Shown piece after piece: positions 48,182 through 57,301 of a stretch of DNA of 64,000 nucleotides. The DNA lies in NCBI GenBank assembly GCA_023268715.1, contig JALRLV010000002.1, positions 18,737 to 82,736 of the forward strand, written 5' to 3'. The notes under the pieces were generated by a model that did no database searches, was not told where the DNA came from, and worked only from the letters and a program-made list of their open reading frames with translations. This DNA comes from Candidatus Thalassarchaeaceae archaeon. Lineage in GTDB: Archaea; Thermoplasmatota; Poseidoniia; Poseidoniales; Thalassarchaeaceae. The first letter of the stretch is position 1. Every line of letters starts with the position of its first letter. The position numbers and the translations under genes were made by a program.

Positions 48182-48442
48182 ATGTCTAAGAAATACTTCG
48201 TGTTGATGGAAGGCGGAAAGGATACTGCTCAGGTGTTTGTAAGCAAGCAACCACGCGGCGCCGCACTAAAAGCAGCTACACGTGGTCACACCGATATTCA
48301 GCTGCGCGAGCGCGGTACGAACAAGGTGCACATGTTCACAGGCTCGACCGCGATGGTCCCTAAGCCTGCGAATGGGCCAGCATGGCTTCCTGATAAGATC
48401 AAGAAAGCCAACGTCAAGAAGAATGGCATAAAGCACCTCTGA
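48182..48442 (+). CDS. Non-histone chromosomal protein MC1
   Basis: FVL, QPRGAALKAATRG, IQLRERGTNKVHMF, PAWLP, VKK; GGAGGTG SD. Confidence 0.9.
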   Translation: MSKKYFVLMEGGKDTAQVFVSKQPRGAALKAATRGHTDIQLRERGTNKVHMFTGSTAMVPKPANGPAWLPDKIKKANVKKNGIKHL

Positions 48443-48470
48443 TTAACTCAGAGTGCACTGACTTACGTAA

Positions 48471-48507
48471 ACCCGTCCGCGATGCCCTAGAGGATGCGCG
48501 GACGGGT
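48471..48507. terminator. Strong hairpin between convergent MC1 and sdhB (probable bidirectional terminator)
   Basis: ACCCGTCCGCG...CGCGGACGGGT, 11-bp perfect stem. Confidence 0.6.
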
Positions 48508-48515
48508 GATTTCAA

Positions 48516-49280
48516 TTATTTCTTAATCCCCAACTTTCGAGCAATCATTGCCAATGGGTCATAATATTCTGTAACTACCCTTTCTTTCAGGGGTATGATT
48601 GCGTTATCTGTGATATTAATTCCAGCAGGACATACCTCTGTACAACACTTTGTGATGTTACAATATCCTATTCCGAAGTCTTCCTTGATTTCGGGAATAC
48701 GATTTTCAGTGTCCAAAGGATGCATTTCCAAACCCGCTAATCTAACGAAGAACCTCGGGCCAGCGAATTCGTCAAACTTCTGGTGCTCCCGAAGAACGTG
48801 ACAAGTGTTGACACAGAGCATACACTCAATACAGGCTCTGAATTCCTGTATGCGATCCGCTTCTTCTTGTTTGAATTCCCAATCGAGTTCTTCAGGTCCA
48901 TTAACTGGAACCATTTTCTTGTTCATTTCATATGCCCAAGACAAATCGGTAACGAGGTCCTTGGTTATTGGAAAAGCCTGCATAGGCTTGACCGTCACGG
49001 GTTTTCCTTCAGGAGTCTCTTCCATGATATCCTCCATTCGTGTCATACACATCAATCGAGGCATTCCGTTGACTTCCGCGCTACAAGAGCCACATTTCCC
49101 GGCTTTGCAGTTCCATCTACATGATAGGTCAGGAGCATGTTCTGCCTGAATACGATGTATGACATCTAGTACAACCATACCCTCATCCATTTCGACGGTA
49201 TAGTCAACCATCTTCCCGAGAGCTTCTCCATGGGAATCTCCAACCCCGCGGAATACTCTGAAGGTAACTTCCTTTGACAT
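48516..49280 (-). CDS. sdhB: Succinate dehydrogenase/fumarate reductase Fe-S subunit (Sdh1 type)
   Basis: CRWNCKAGKCGSC, CIECMLC, CNITKCCTEVCP; GAGGAGG SD. Confidence 0.92.
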   Translation of the reverse strand: MSKEVTFRVFRGVGDSHGEALGKMVDYTVEMDEGMVVLDVIHRIQAEHAPDLSCRWNCKAGKCGSCSAEVNGMPRLMCMTRMEDIMEETPEGKPVTVKPMQAFPITKDLVTDLSWAYEMNKKMVPVNGPEELDWEFKQEEADRIQEFRACIECMLCVNTCHVLREHQKFDEFAGPRFFVRLAGLEMHPLDTENRIPEIKEDFGIGYCNITKCCTEVCPAGINITDNAIIPLKERVVTEYYDPLAMIARKLGIKK

Positions 49281-49282
49281 CC

Positions 49283-51133
49283 TCAATCCTCCTCCTCGTG
49301 TAAGTCATCTGCATCTAGTAGTGCTTTGAATTCTTCATCTATCGGTGGGTAGGTTGTATGTTCTATTTTCATTGAACCATCTTCGGAGAGAGAAATTACA
49401 CTATTCACCTTGCCCCAATGGCTGTGATCTGGAACAGGGAAATCATCTCTAGTGTGTCCTCCGCGAGATTCTTCCCGTTCTAGCGCGGCTAAGGCACACA
49501 TGCGAGATACATCAATCATAGCACCCAATTCTAGAGCTTGATGCCAACCCGGATTGTATATTCTTGATCCTCCAGGGCTAGTAATCGCTGCACGGGCCTC
49601 AAGTTCGTCCAAATCTTTGAGAGCTTCTTGCAACAATTTGCCGGTTCGTATGATTCCGACTTTTTCTTGCATCATTTCCCGTAGATCTTCTACAACGGCA
49701 GCAGGATTTTCTCCACCTTCCCTTGAGAACGGTGCGAGAGTTTCAAAAATTACATCAGCGATTTCATCTTCTGGTATGTCTGCAAATCCATCTATTCCAG
49801 CTGCTCTGGAAGCAGCGCTCTCTCCGGCAATCTTGCCGAATACGATAAGGTCGCTTAGGGAATTTCCTCCAAGTCGATTTGCGCCATGCAGGCCAGTAGC
49901 CGCTTCTCCGGCAGCATAGAGTCCAGAAACAGTTGATTCTTGGGATTCAGGATCGACTTTGACTCCTCCCATGACATAGTGAGCAGTTGGTCCGACTTCC
50001 ATCTTGGTTGTGGTGATATCAACCGCAGCCAATTCCTTGAATTGATGATACATTCCTGGAAGTTTCTTCTTAATATCTTCTGGACTTCTCCATGAGATGT
50101 CTAAGTAAGCACCCCCATGTTCACTTGCTCTACCTGCATCACGCTCTGAGTTGATTGCCTTAGCGACAACATCTCTAGTCAGTAATTCCGGAGGTCTTCT
50201 CTTGGTAGCCAACTTTCCAGAAATAACTTCGTCAACCCATTCTAGAGCCTCTTTTTCGGTATCTGCGAACTCATCGGCATACATTTGAGGGATGTAATCG
50301 AACATGAATCTCTTTCCCTCTGAGTTGGTGAGCATTCCACCTTCACCACGGACTCCCTCTGTAACTAGAATTCCTTTCACGCTCGGTGGCCAAATCATCC
50401 CGGTTGGATGGAATTGAACAAACTCCATATCTCCAATTTCTGCTCCAGCCCAATATGCTAGAGCGTGACCTTCGCCGGTATATTCCCAAGAGCCGGAACA
50501 AACCGCCCAGCAACGAGTAATTCCTCCGGTTGCTAGAACGATTGATTTGGCCTTGAACAAATGGAGCGAACCATCGTTTCTATCATACGCAAAACAGCCT
50601 GTAACCTCGCCGTCTTTAGTGAATAATCTTCGAACTGTGTATTCCATGAATACGTCCATTCCCATGTGTACTCCCTTTTCTTGTAATGTGCGAATTAACT
50701 CCAGTCCAGTAGCATCACCAATGTGTGCTAGTCTAGGATAGGTGTGGCCACCGAAGTTTCTCTGACTTGTCAAGCCCTTCGGAGTTCTATCGAAGATGGC
50801 GCCCCAAGTCTCAAGCTCACGGATTCTATCAGGTGCTTGCTGAGCATGGATAACCGCCATTCTCCAATCATTGAGGTACTTCCCTCCCTTCATGGTGTCT
50901 CGGAAGTGAACCTTCCAACTATCTCGAGGATCCTTGTTTGCAAGGGCTGCCGCAGCACCTCCCTCAGCCATTACTGTGTGTGCTTTGCCTAGCATAGATT
51001 TGCAGACAAGAGCAACGCTTGCACCTTCTTGACTGGCGGCGATTGCAGCCCTCAAGCCAGCACCTCCCGCACCTATGACAAGAACATCGTGCTCATGGGT
51101 GGTGTAGGTCTCATCAGAGATATCGTAGCGCAT
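49283..51133 (-). CDS. sdhA: Succinate dehydrogenase/fumarate reductase flavoprotein (Sdh1 type)
   Basis: GAGGAG, AHTVMAEGG, QFHPTG, TEGVRGEGG, HYVMGG, HGANRLGGNSL, ESRGGH. Confidence 0.94.
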   Translation of the reverse strand: MRYDISDETYTTHEHDVLVIGAGGAGLRAAIAASQEGASVALVCKSMLGKAHTVMAEGGAAAALANKDPRDSWKVHFRDTMKGGKYLNDWRMAVIHAQQAPDRIRELETWGAIFDRTPKGLTSQRNFGGHTYPRLAHIGDATGLELIRTLQEKGVHMGMDVFMEYTVRRLFTKDGEVTGCFAYDRNDGSLHLFKAKSIVLATGGITRCWAVCSGSWEYTGEGHALAYWAGAEIGDMEFVQFHPTGMIWPPSVKGILVTEGVRGEGGMLTNSEGKRFMFDYIPQMYADEFADTEKEALEWVDEVISGKLATKRRPPELLTRDVVAKAINSERDAGRASEHGGAYLDISWRSPEDIKKKLPGMYHQFKELAAVDITTTKMEVGPTAHYVMGGVKVDPESQESTVSGLYAAGEAATGLHGANRLGGNSLSDLIVFGKIAGESAASRAAGIDGFADIPEDEIADVIFETLAPFSREGGENPAAVVEDLREMMQEKVGIIRTGKLLQEALKDLDELEARAAITSPGGSRIYNPGWHQALELGAMIDVSRMCALAALEREESRGGHTRDDFPVPDHSHWGKVNSVISLSEDGSMKIEHTTYPPIDEEFKALLDADDLHEEED

Positions 51134-52006
51134 TCACAAACCTCCCCAAATTATCATATCATTCCAGCCAAAGAATGGGTCCGTACATGCATAGATGTAA
51201 AAGTCAGCAAACATTACCCAGAACAGAGAATATAGAGCCCATTCTTTATGTTGCTCGTTTAGTTTAGTGGATAATTTCCAGAGTTTGTATTTCATTCGAT
51301 TCATTGGCGTAGAAGTCCAATCTTGCGAGCCTCCCCCGACAACATGTCTGAACGCATGGCATCCGAATGTATACCCGGTAAGCATGATTACGTTGACTAG
51401 GAGAATTAGGCTACCAACTGTTACTCCGTAAGCATGAGCGTCGCCTTCGTGGAAATTTACTGCCATCCAAACATCAAACGAAAGTAGCGGAAGATAGGCG
51501 AGCATGACGTACATGAAATAACGATGTAGATTTTGTACGACTAGTATTCCAGTTTCTCCCGAATATTCATCCCAAGGTTTTGACACTGCACAACCGGTTG
51601 GTTGAGCCATGAAAGCACGATAGTATGCCTTTCGATAATAGTAGCATGTAGCACGGAATCCAGCGGGAAAAATTAGGATGAACATCGCTGGACTTAGCCA
51701 CTGAAGTTGTTGAGGCACCCAAGATTGCTCTCCTGGTACAATCAGAGGTGAATAAAGAGGACTGAGTACATGAGATCCTGTGTCTTCAATTGCCATAGTT
51801 CCAGCGCCGTGTCCAACCCCCGCTGAAAGTCCGAAATCTGAGAAAATCCAAAAGTCAGCTTCCATGAATCCTCTCCATGTTGCATAGAGTATCATAAATC
51901 CCAGATATGCGGCCATGGCCGTGGGTCCTTTCCACCATTTGTCGACTCTATCTGTTGCTCCAAATCCCTTCTTCATCGGGAGTGGGAAAGTGATGCCCTG
52001 ACTCAT
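51134..52006 (-). CDS. Sdh1-type membrane anchor (Rv0249c-like)
   Basis: FRATCYYYRKAYYR, QNLHRYF, GCHAFRH, LNEQH; ATG 52006 (MSQG) after GGAG SD. Confidence 0.82.
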   Translation of the reverse strand: MSQGITFPLPMKKGFGATDRVDKWWKGPTAMAAYLGFMILYATWRGFMEADFWIFSDFGLSAGVGHGAGTMAIEDTGSHVLSPLYSPLIVPGEQSWVPQQLQWLSPAMFILIFPAGFRATCYYYRKAYYRAFMAQPTGCAVSKPWDEYSGETGILVVQNLHRYFMYVMLAYLPLLSFDVWMAVNFHEGDAHAYGVTVGSLILLVNVIMLTGYTFGCHAFRHVVGGGSQDWTSTPMNRMKYKLWKLSTKLNEQHKEWALYSLFWVMFADFYIYACTDPFFGWNDMIIWGGL

Positions 52007-52146
52007 CTCCGCACCTGATGGCCTAAACGCGCAGTCCGACAGCAATAAGTAATTGCATTCCACCAGTTCAAGAGTCTCTTGCGAATGTTGAAAATCCATA
52101 GGTTCAATACGCCCTTCCCTGCTGGCTAATTGAGGGATTTAGCCGG

Positions 52147-52254
52147 ATGATTGACGATTTAACCAGTTCTATTTGTCTGAATTGTGGATATATGCCAGGG
52201 GCATTCATGCCAGGTCTACCTTGCCCTGAATGTGGAGAGACAATTTTTCCTTAA
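52147..52254 (+). CDS. 35-aa CPxCG-type zinc-finger microprotein (not in ORF track)
   Basis: Hand translation MIDDLTSSICLNCGYMPGAFMPGLPCPECGETIFP; GAGGGA SD at 52132-52137. Confidence 0.65.
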   Translation: MIDDLTSSICLNCGYMPGAFMPGLPCPECGETIFP

Positions 52255-52390
52255 AACTCTAGATTACAAAACACTCCTTCAAATGTGTGATACCCAACAA
52301 GGTATTATGGACGCAATGACATGTTTGCTGGTCTCTGACCCAAAAAGGAGAATGAAACGCTCTTCTGGATTGAAGAGAGGCTTACTCTGA

Positions 52391-52948
52391 TTACCAAGGG
52401 AATTTCCAAACCCACAGTATTCCATCGTTTATGATTACTTGAATTCCAAGCATAGAAGCCCCAATTAGCGGCACTATCGAACTTCCGGATGCATCGCTTT
52501 GCCAAGCACTCCAGCTAAACAAAATTAGGAGCAAGTTTCCAGTCACGACAAGCCAGAGGCAACCGATAACTAACCACTGGGACCAAAGTGTATCCACCCG
52601 TATGTGGAAGGAAGTTAACTCGAGCCAAAACATTGAGGGAATTAGAACTAATAAGAATGCAATCAATAGTCTCTGATTTCCACCTTCAGAAACCTCTCCA
52701 CTCCATGGCCAGCCTACACCTTCAACAACAGAAGCTTCCCATCCGAAAAGAAGTTGTTGAAAAACGATAAGGAATCCAATAGCTGAGATGAACATACAGG
52801 TGACATTTAGGGTTCTCCAAGATTCAGGGATACCGCCCCAAAGTGCCATCGGATCATCAGCCCTTCGTAATCCTATGACGTAGGATGCAAGTACCATTGG
52901 TCCGAGAACAAAGACAACTGTACGTACAAATTCTCTTGAAATTTCCAA
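52391..52948 (-). CDS. Hypothetical 4-TM membrane protein
   Basis: Hydrophobic Trp-rich ORF (ALWGGIP; NDGILW); AGGAGG SD immediately after the ALDH stop. Confidence 0.7.
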   Translation of the reverse strand: MEISREFVRTVVFVLGPMVLASYVIGLRRADDPMALWGGIPESWRTLNVTCMFISAIGFLIVFQQLLFGWEASVVEGVGWPWSGEVSEGGNQRLLIAFLLVLIPSMFWLELTSFHIRVDTLWSQWLVIGCLWLVVTGNLLLILFSWSAWQSDASGSSIVPLIGASMLGIQVIINDGILWVWKFPW

Positions 52949-52963
52949 CCTAATTACCTCCTA

Positions 52964-54592
52964 TTAAGCGAGGGAGCCGTAATCTGCGTCGGCCTCTTCC
53001 ATCTCAATTTCGTCAACATCCATTTGAGCAAGTTGTAACTTTCCAGACAATTCATCGTTTACTGCATGCCAGTACGAGTATGCTTCAATTACCCAAATTC
53101 CGGACTCACGAGTTCCATTTCCGCTACCCTTGACCCCCCCGAATGGTAGGTGGGCTTCAGCTCCAGTTGTCGAGTTGTTGATTCCAGTCATACCGGCCTT
53201 GATGCCCGTTTTGTATCGATAGGCCTCGAGTCTATCATTGGTGTAAATTGCAGAGGACAACCCATAGGGTGAAGCATTTGCAAGATGCAATGCATGATCG
53301 AAATCTCGGGCCTTGACAATAGTTACCAGTGGCCCGAAAATCTCTTCGTGGAAACATTCCATATCTTCTGTGACATCTACATAGACATGAGGCCATATGT
53401 AGATGCCTTCGCTAGCATCTCCTTGGAAAGTATCTGGCTTGTTGTCATTTGTAATTCGCCCTTCACCCCATATTTTCTTGGCACCGCTATTTTCACACAT
53501 CTCGACACCTTTCATGAAATCAACTGCGTATCTCTCGGATAGCATTGGGCCATACAGCACTCCATCATGACGCATCGAATCACCAATAGAAGTGGATTTC
53601 ACCTTCTCCATTAATCGTTCAACAAACTCATCATAGATATCTTCGTGAATAATCAAATTCCCTAGGCTTGTACAACGCTGTCCGGCAGTTCCGAAACCGG
53701 CCCAGTAGGCACCCTCGACAGCATTTTCCATATTAGCTGAAGGCATGATTACAAGCGGATTCTTTCCTCCTAATTCTAGGGAAGCGCTAACAAGATTACG
53801 ACCACAAGTTTCTCCAATCATCTTACCGACTGCTGTACTACCTGTGAATGAAATTTTGTCTACCATCCCTAAATCGGCTGAATCTACCAGAGCTTGACCT
53901 GCTCCGCTACCATTCCCGTGTACCAGATTAATTACACCATCAGGCAATCCTGCTTCGTGCATTACACGCGCAAGTGCGAAAGAAAGTAGGGGTGAGTCTT
54001 GAGGGGACTTCCACACACAGGTATTGCCGCACATAATTGCTGGAATCATCTTCCAGAACGGGACTGCTGAAGGGAAGTTACAAGAATTGATTATTCCACA
54101 AACCCCTAATGGTCTACGGTAGGTAAACAACTCTTTGTTCGGTAACTCTGAGTTGACAGTTTGACCATAGAGTCTGCGACCCTCTGATTGGAAAAAGAGA
54201 CATGTGTCAATAGCCTCTTGAATTTCACCACCACATTCTTTCAGAGTCTTACCAATTTCACGAGCTTGTAGGCGAACAAGATCGTCTTTATGCTCCATCA
54301 ATAATCTACCCATGTTGCCAATAACTTGCCCGCGAGTTGGAGCAGGGGTTGCAGCCCAATCGGGGAATGCTGAACGAGCTGCTCTCAAAGCGTCGTGCAC
54401 ATCTTCTTTGGTTGAAAGGGGGAACTCTCCGAGGCAATCATCTAACCATGCAGGGTTTGTGCTTTCGTAAGTCCCGCCATCGCTAGCCAAAGTTAGTTCA
54501 CCGTTGATAATATTGTAACCCCTAATCTTTGGCGATCCATTGGGGTTATTTGCTTCCATGTATTCGAATCCAGTCTCGAGAACGTGGGTCAT
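52964..54592 (-). CDS. Aldehyde dehydrogenase family protein
   Basis: SFTGST, LELGGKNP, GQRCTS (catalytic Cys), EEIFGP, PFGG. Confidence 0.95.
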   Translation of the reverse strand: MTHVLETGFEYMEANNPNGSPKIRGYNIINGELTLASDGGTYESTNPAWLDDCLGEFPLSTKEDVHDALRAARSAFPDWAATPAPTRGQVIGNMGRLLMEHKDDLVRLQAREIGKTLKECGGEIQEAIDTCLFFQSEGRRLYGQTVNSELPNKELFTYRRPLGVCGIINSCNFPSAVPFWKMIPAIMCGNTCVWKSPQDSPLLSFALARVMHEAGLPDGVINLVHGNGSGAGQALVDSADLGMVDKISFTGSTAVGKMIGETCGRNLVSASLELGGKNPLVIMPSANMENAVEGAYWAGFGTAGQRCTSLGNLIIHEDIYDEFVERLMEKVKSTSIGDSMRHDGVLYGPMLSERYAVDFMKGVEMCENSGAKKIWGEGRITNDNKPDTFQGDASEGIYIWPHVYVDVTEDMECFHEEIFGPLVTIVKARDFDHALHLANASPYGLSSAIYTNDRLEAYRYKTGIKAGMTGINNSTTGAEAHLPFGGVKGSGNGTRESGIWVIEAYSYWHAVNDELSGKLQLAQMDVDEIEMEEADADYGSLA

Positions 54593-54734
54593 GCTTCGTG
54601 CGAAGCGAATAGTAGCAATGAAACCACCGCATCGCTATTTGTGATTCCGATAATTGAATTGCCAGATTTGACAATTCTCGATTGGGGGGTTTAACTACCT
54701 CCGATGTTGACAAGGTGCTACAAGGAGGGGTAAT

Positions 54735-56960
54735 ATGGCAGAGGAATCTGACAAAGAATTGAAACTTAGAGTAGCCAAAGCAATCCCAAGCGACGTCGGT
54801 CATGGCAGAGCAAGAGTGCCATTTGACAACGAATTGAACCTAAAACCCGGCGATATAATCGAGATTGAGGGTGAACGTTCTACCGCCGCAATCGTTTGGA
54901 GGTGCAGACCTGAAGATGCGAACCTTGGAGTTATTCGAATTGACGGAATTATCCGAAAAAATGCAAGTGTTTCTCTCGGCGATCGAGTTACGGTAAGGAA
55001 AGTCGAAGCTCAGCCATGTACGCGACTCGTACTAAGTCCAGTTATGGCTAAGCAACAGAAGGTTAGATTTGGACCTGGAATTGAAGGATTTGCCCGTCGT
55101 GGACTAAACAAGAGACCAGTGGTTTCAGGCGATAGAATATTCATTCCTGGAATGACTCTGTTTGCTGAAGCATTACCATTCCAGATTGTCCAAACTAGCC
55201 CAAAGGGAACAGTTCAGGTTTTGCCAGACACTGAGATAATCATCAAGGAAGAAGCAGTTGATGAGGATGAAGATGCCGAGATATCAAGTATCACTTACGA
55301 GGATATTGGAGGCATTGGAGATCAATTGCAAAAAGTTCGTGAGATGATTGAACTTCCATTGAAACACCCCGTTCTATTCCGCAGACTTGGGATTGACCCT
55401 CCGAGAGGTGTTCTATTACACGGCCCACCTGGTACCGGTAAGACTCTGATTGCGAAAGCAGTTGCATCTGAAACACAGGCACATTTTACTTCGATAAATG
55501 GGCCTGAAATAATTTCGAAATATTATGGAGAGAGTGAAAAACAACTGCGGGAGATATTCGACGAAGCCACCGCCAATGCCCCCGCAATCATATTCATCGA
55601 TGAATTGGATTCAATCGCTCCAAAGCGTGAAGACGTCTCAGGTGAGGTTGAACGCAGAGTTGTCGCACAACTTCTCACACTTCTAGATGGAATGCAGGGA
55701 CGTGACAATGTTGTTGTAATCGGTGCAACAAATCGACGCGACGCAATAGATCCTGCTTTGAGGCGCCCAGGTCGATTTGACAGGGAATTGGAAATTGGTG
55801 TTCCTGACAAAAATGGTCGAGAGGAGATCATCAACATACATACCAGAGGTATGCCAATAAGTGATGATTTCGACATGGATTGGTTACTGGATAATTCCTA
55901 TGGATTCGTCGGCGCAGATATCTCTGCCTTGGTCCGAGAAGCGGCCATGAAGGCCTTACGTCGCTACTTGCCAGAAATCGATTTGGACGAGGAACAGATA
56001 CCTGCCGAAGTCCTAGAAAAGATGGAAGTAAAAATGATTGATTTCCGTGAGGCAATCAAGGAGATTGAACCAAGCGCTCTGCGTGAAATCTACGTAGAGG
56101 TTCCTGAGGTATCTTGGGAACAAGTTGGAGGCTTAGAAGAAGTCAAGGAGCGCTTGAAAGAAAGTATCGAATGGCCACTAACTCAGCCCGAGATGTTCGA
56201 ACATTTCGGAATCAATCCACCTCGTGGAATCGTACTATTTGGAGCCCCTGGTACTGGAAAAACATTGATTGCTAAGGCAATTGCCAACGAGGCTAAAGCT
56301 AATTTCATATCAATCAAAGGTCCTGAAATGGTATCCAAATGGGTCGGCGAATCAGAAAGAGCGGTACGAGAGGTCTTCAAGAAGGCCAAACAATCCAGCC
56401 CTTCGATAATTTTCCTAGATGAATTTGAGAGTATTGCTGGGGTTAGGCGCAATATGTCAGGTGAAGGTTCAGATGTGATGAATAGAGTTGTCAATCAATT
56501 ACTATCCAGCATGGATGGTGTAGAAACAATGGAGGGTGTAATCGTAGTTGCTGCGACAAACCGACCAGAGATGATTGACCCTGCTCTTCTCAGAAGTGGT
56601 CGCTTCGAGAGAGTATTACACATTCCTCCACCTGATGCAGACTCACGAAAGCAGATACTCCGCATTCACACCAAAGATATGCCATTAGGTAAATTCTCCC
56701 TCGATGAATTAGCCGGCCAACTTGATAATTACACTGGGGCCGATATCGAATCTATTTGTCGAGAGGCAGCATTAATCTCTATGCGAGCCGGTAAGAAATC
56801 AGTCTCGAAGAAATCGTTTGAGGAAGCAATCGCTAGAGTTAGACCTACAATTACCGATGAGATGATGGAGTACTACGGTCGCATGGAAGGTATGCTAACC
56901 AGTGGTCTCGAATCGGTGCGACGCCGACCGGACACACTTTCCGGAATCGAAGCAGTTTGA
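54735..56960 (+). CDS. cdc48: CDC48/VAT family AAA+ ATPase
   Basis: N-domain plus two AAA modules ([21 protein letters not shown]; [19 protein letters not shown]). Confidence 0.96.
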   Translation: MAEESDKELKLRVAKAIPSDVGHGRARVPFDNELNLKPGDIIEIEGERSTAAIVWRCRPEDANLGVIRIDGIIRKNASVSLGDRVTVRKVEAQPCTRLVLSPVMAKQQKVRFGPGIEGFARRGLNKRPVVSGDRIFIPGMTLFAEALPFQIVQTSPKGTVQVLPDTEIIIKEEAVDEDEDAEISSITYEDIGGIGDQLQKVREMIELPLKHPVLFRRLGIDPPRGVLLHGPPGTGKTLIAKAVASETQAHFTSINGPEIISKYYGESEKQLREIFDEATANAPAIIFIDELDSIAPKREDVSGEVERRVVAQLLTLLDGMQGRDNVVVIGATNRRDAIDPALRRPGRFDRELEIGVPDKNGREEIINIHTRGMPISDDFDMDWLLDNSYGFVGADISALVREAAMKALRRYLPEIDLDEEQIPAEVLEKMEVKMIDFREAIKEIEPSALREIYVEVPEVSWEQVGGLEEVKERLKESIEWPLTQPEMFEHFGINPPRGIVLFGAPGTGKTLIAKAIANEAKANFISIKGPEMVSKWVGESERAVREVFKKAKQSSPSIIFLDEFESIAGVRRNMSGEGSDVMNRVVNQLLSSMDGVETMEGVIVVAATNRPEMIDPALLRSGRFERVLHIPPPDADSRKQILRIHTKDMPLGKFSLDELAGQLDNYTGADIESICREAALISMRAGKKSVSKKSFEEAIARVRPTITDEMMEYYGRMEGMLTSGLESVRRRPDTLSGIEAV

Positions 56961-56969
56961 GGTGGAAAA

Positions 56970-57212
56970 ATGCCGACGACTTTCGGCCGAGAAATTCTTG
57001 GACGAAATGTCGTCGATCAAGCATCTGACAAGCTTGGAATTCTAGCAGATTTTAGAATCGATATGTCTAGTGGACGAATCACTGCTCTACTGGTAGCTCT
57101 CGAGAATGACTTGGATCCAGCAATGCTACCATGGCCGACCGTAGAAGGCCTACTCTCAGTTCCAGTTGAAGAGATTGCAGAGGTCGGAGTGAATATCCAA
57201 CTTGCCCGTTGA
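56970..57212 (+). CDS. PRC-barrel domain protein
   Basis: ILGRNVVD..LGILADFRID..SGRI..VPVEEI..VG; GAGGTGG SD. Confidence 0.82.
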   Translation: MPTTFGREILGRNVVDQASDKLGILADFRIDMSSGRITALLVALENDLDPAMLPWPTVEGLLSVPVEEIAEVGVNIQLAR

Positions 57213-57217
57213 GGCGA

Positions 57218-57299
57218 TGCAAGCCCCGTTCAGCGGTGAATAACGGTCTTAAGTCGCAGTTGAGGCTCGTCAGACGTTCCGTAGGAACGGTGGCTTGCA
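57218..57299 (+). other. Structured intergenic segment with alternative stems
   Basis: TGCAAGCC-CCGTTC pairs with GAACGG-T-GGCTTGCA; competing local hairpin CGTTCC-GTA-GGAACG. Confidence 0.45.
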
Positions 57300-57301
57300 G
57301 C

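Noticed and set aside
52283-52390. Second small + strand ORF (MCDTQQGIMDAMTCLLVSDPKRRMK...)
   Set aside because: No SD or motif, and it overlaps a likely terminator hairpin (CTCTTC...GAAGAG). It cannot be fully excluded.
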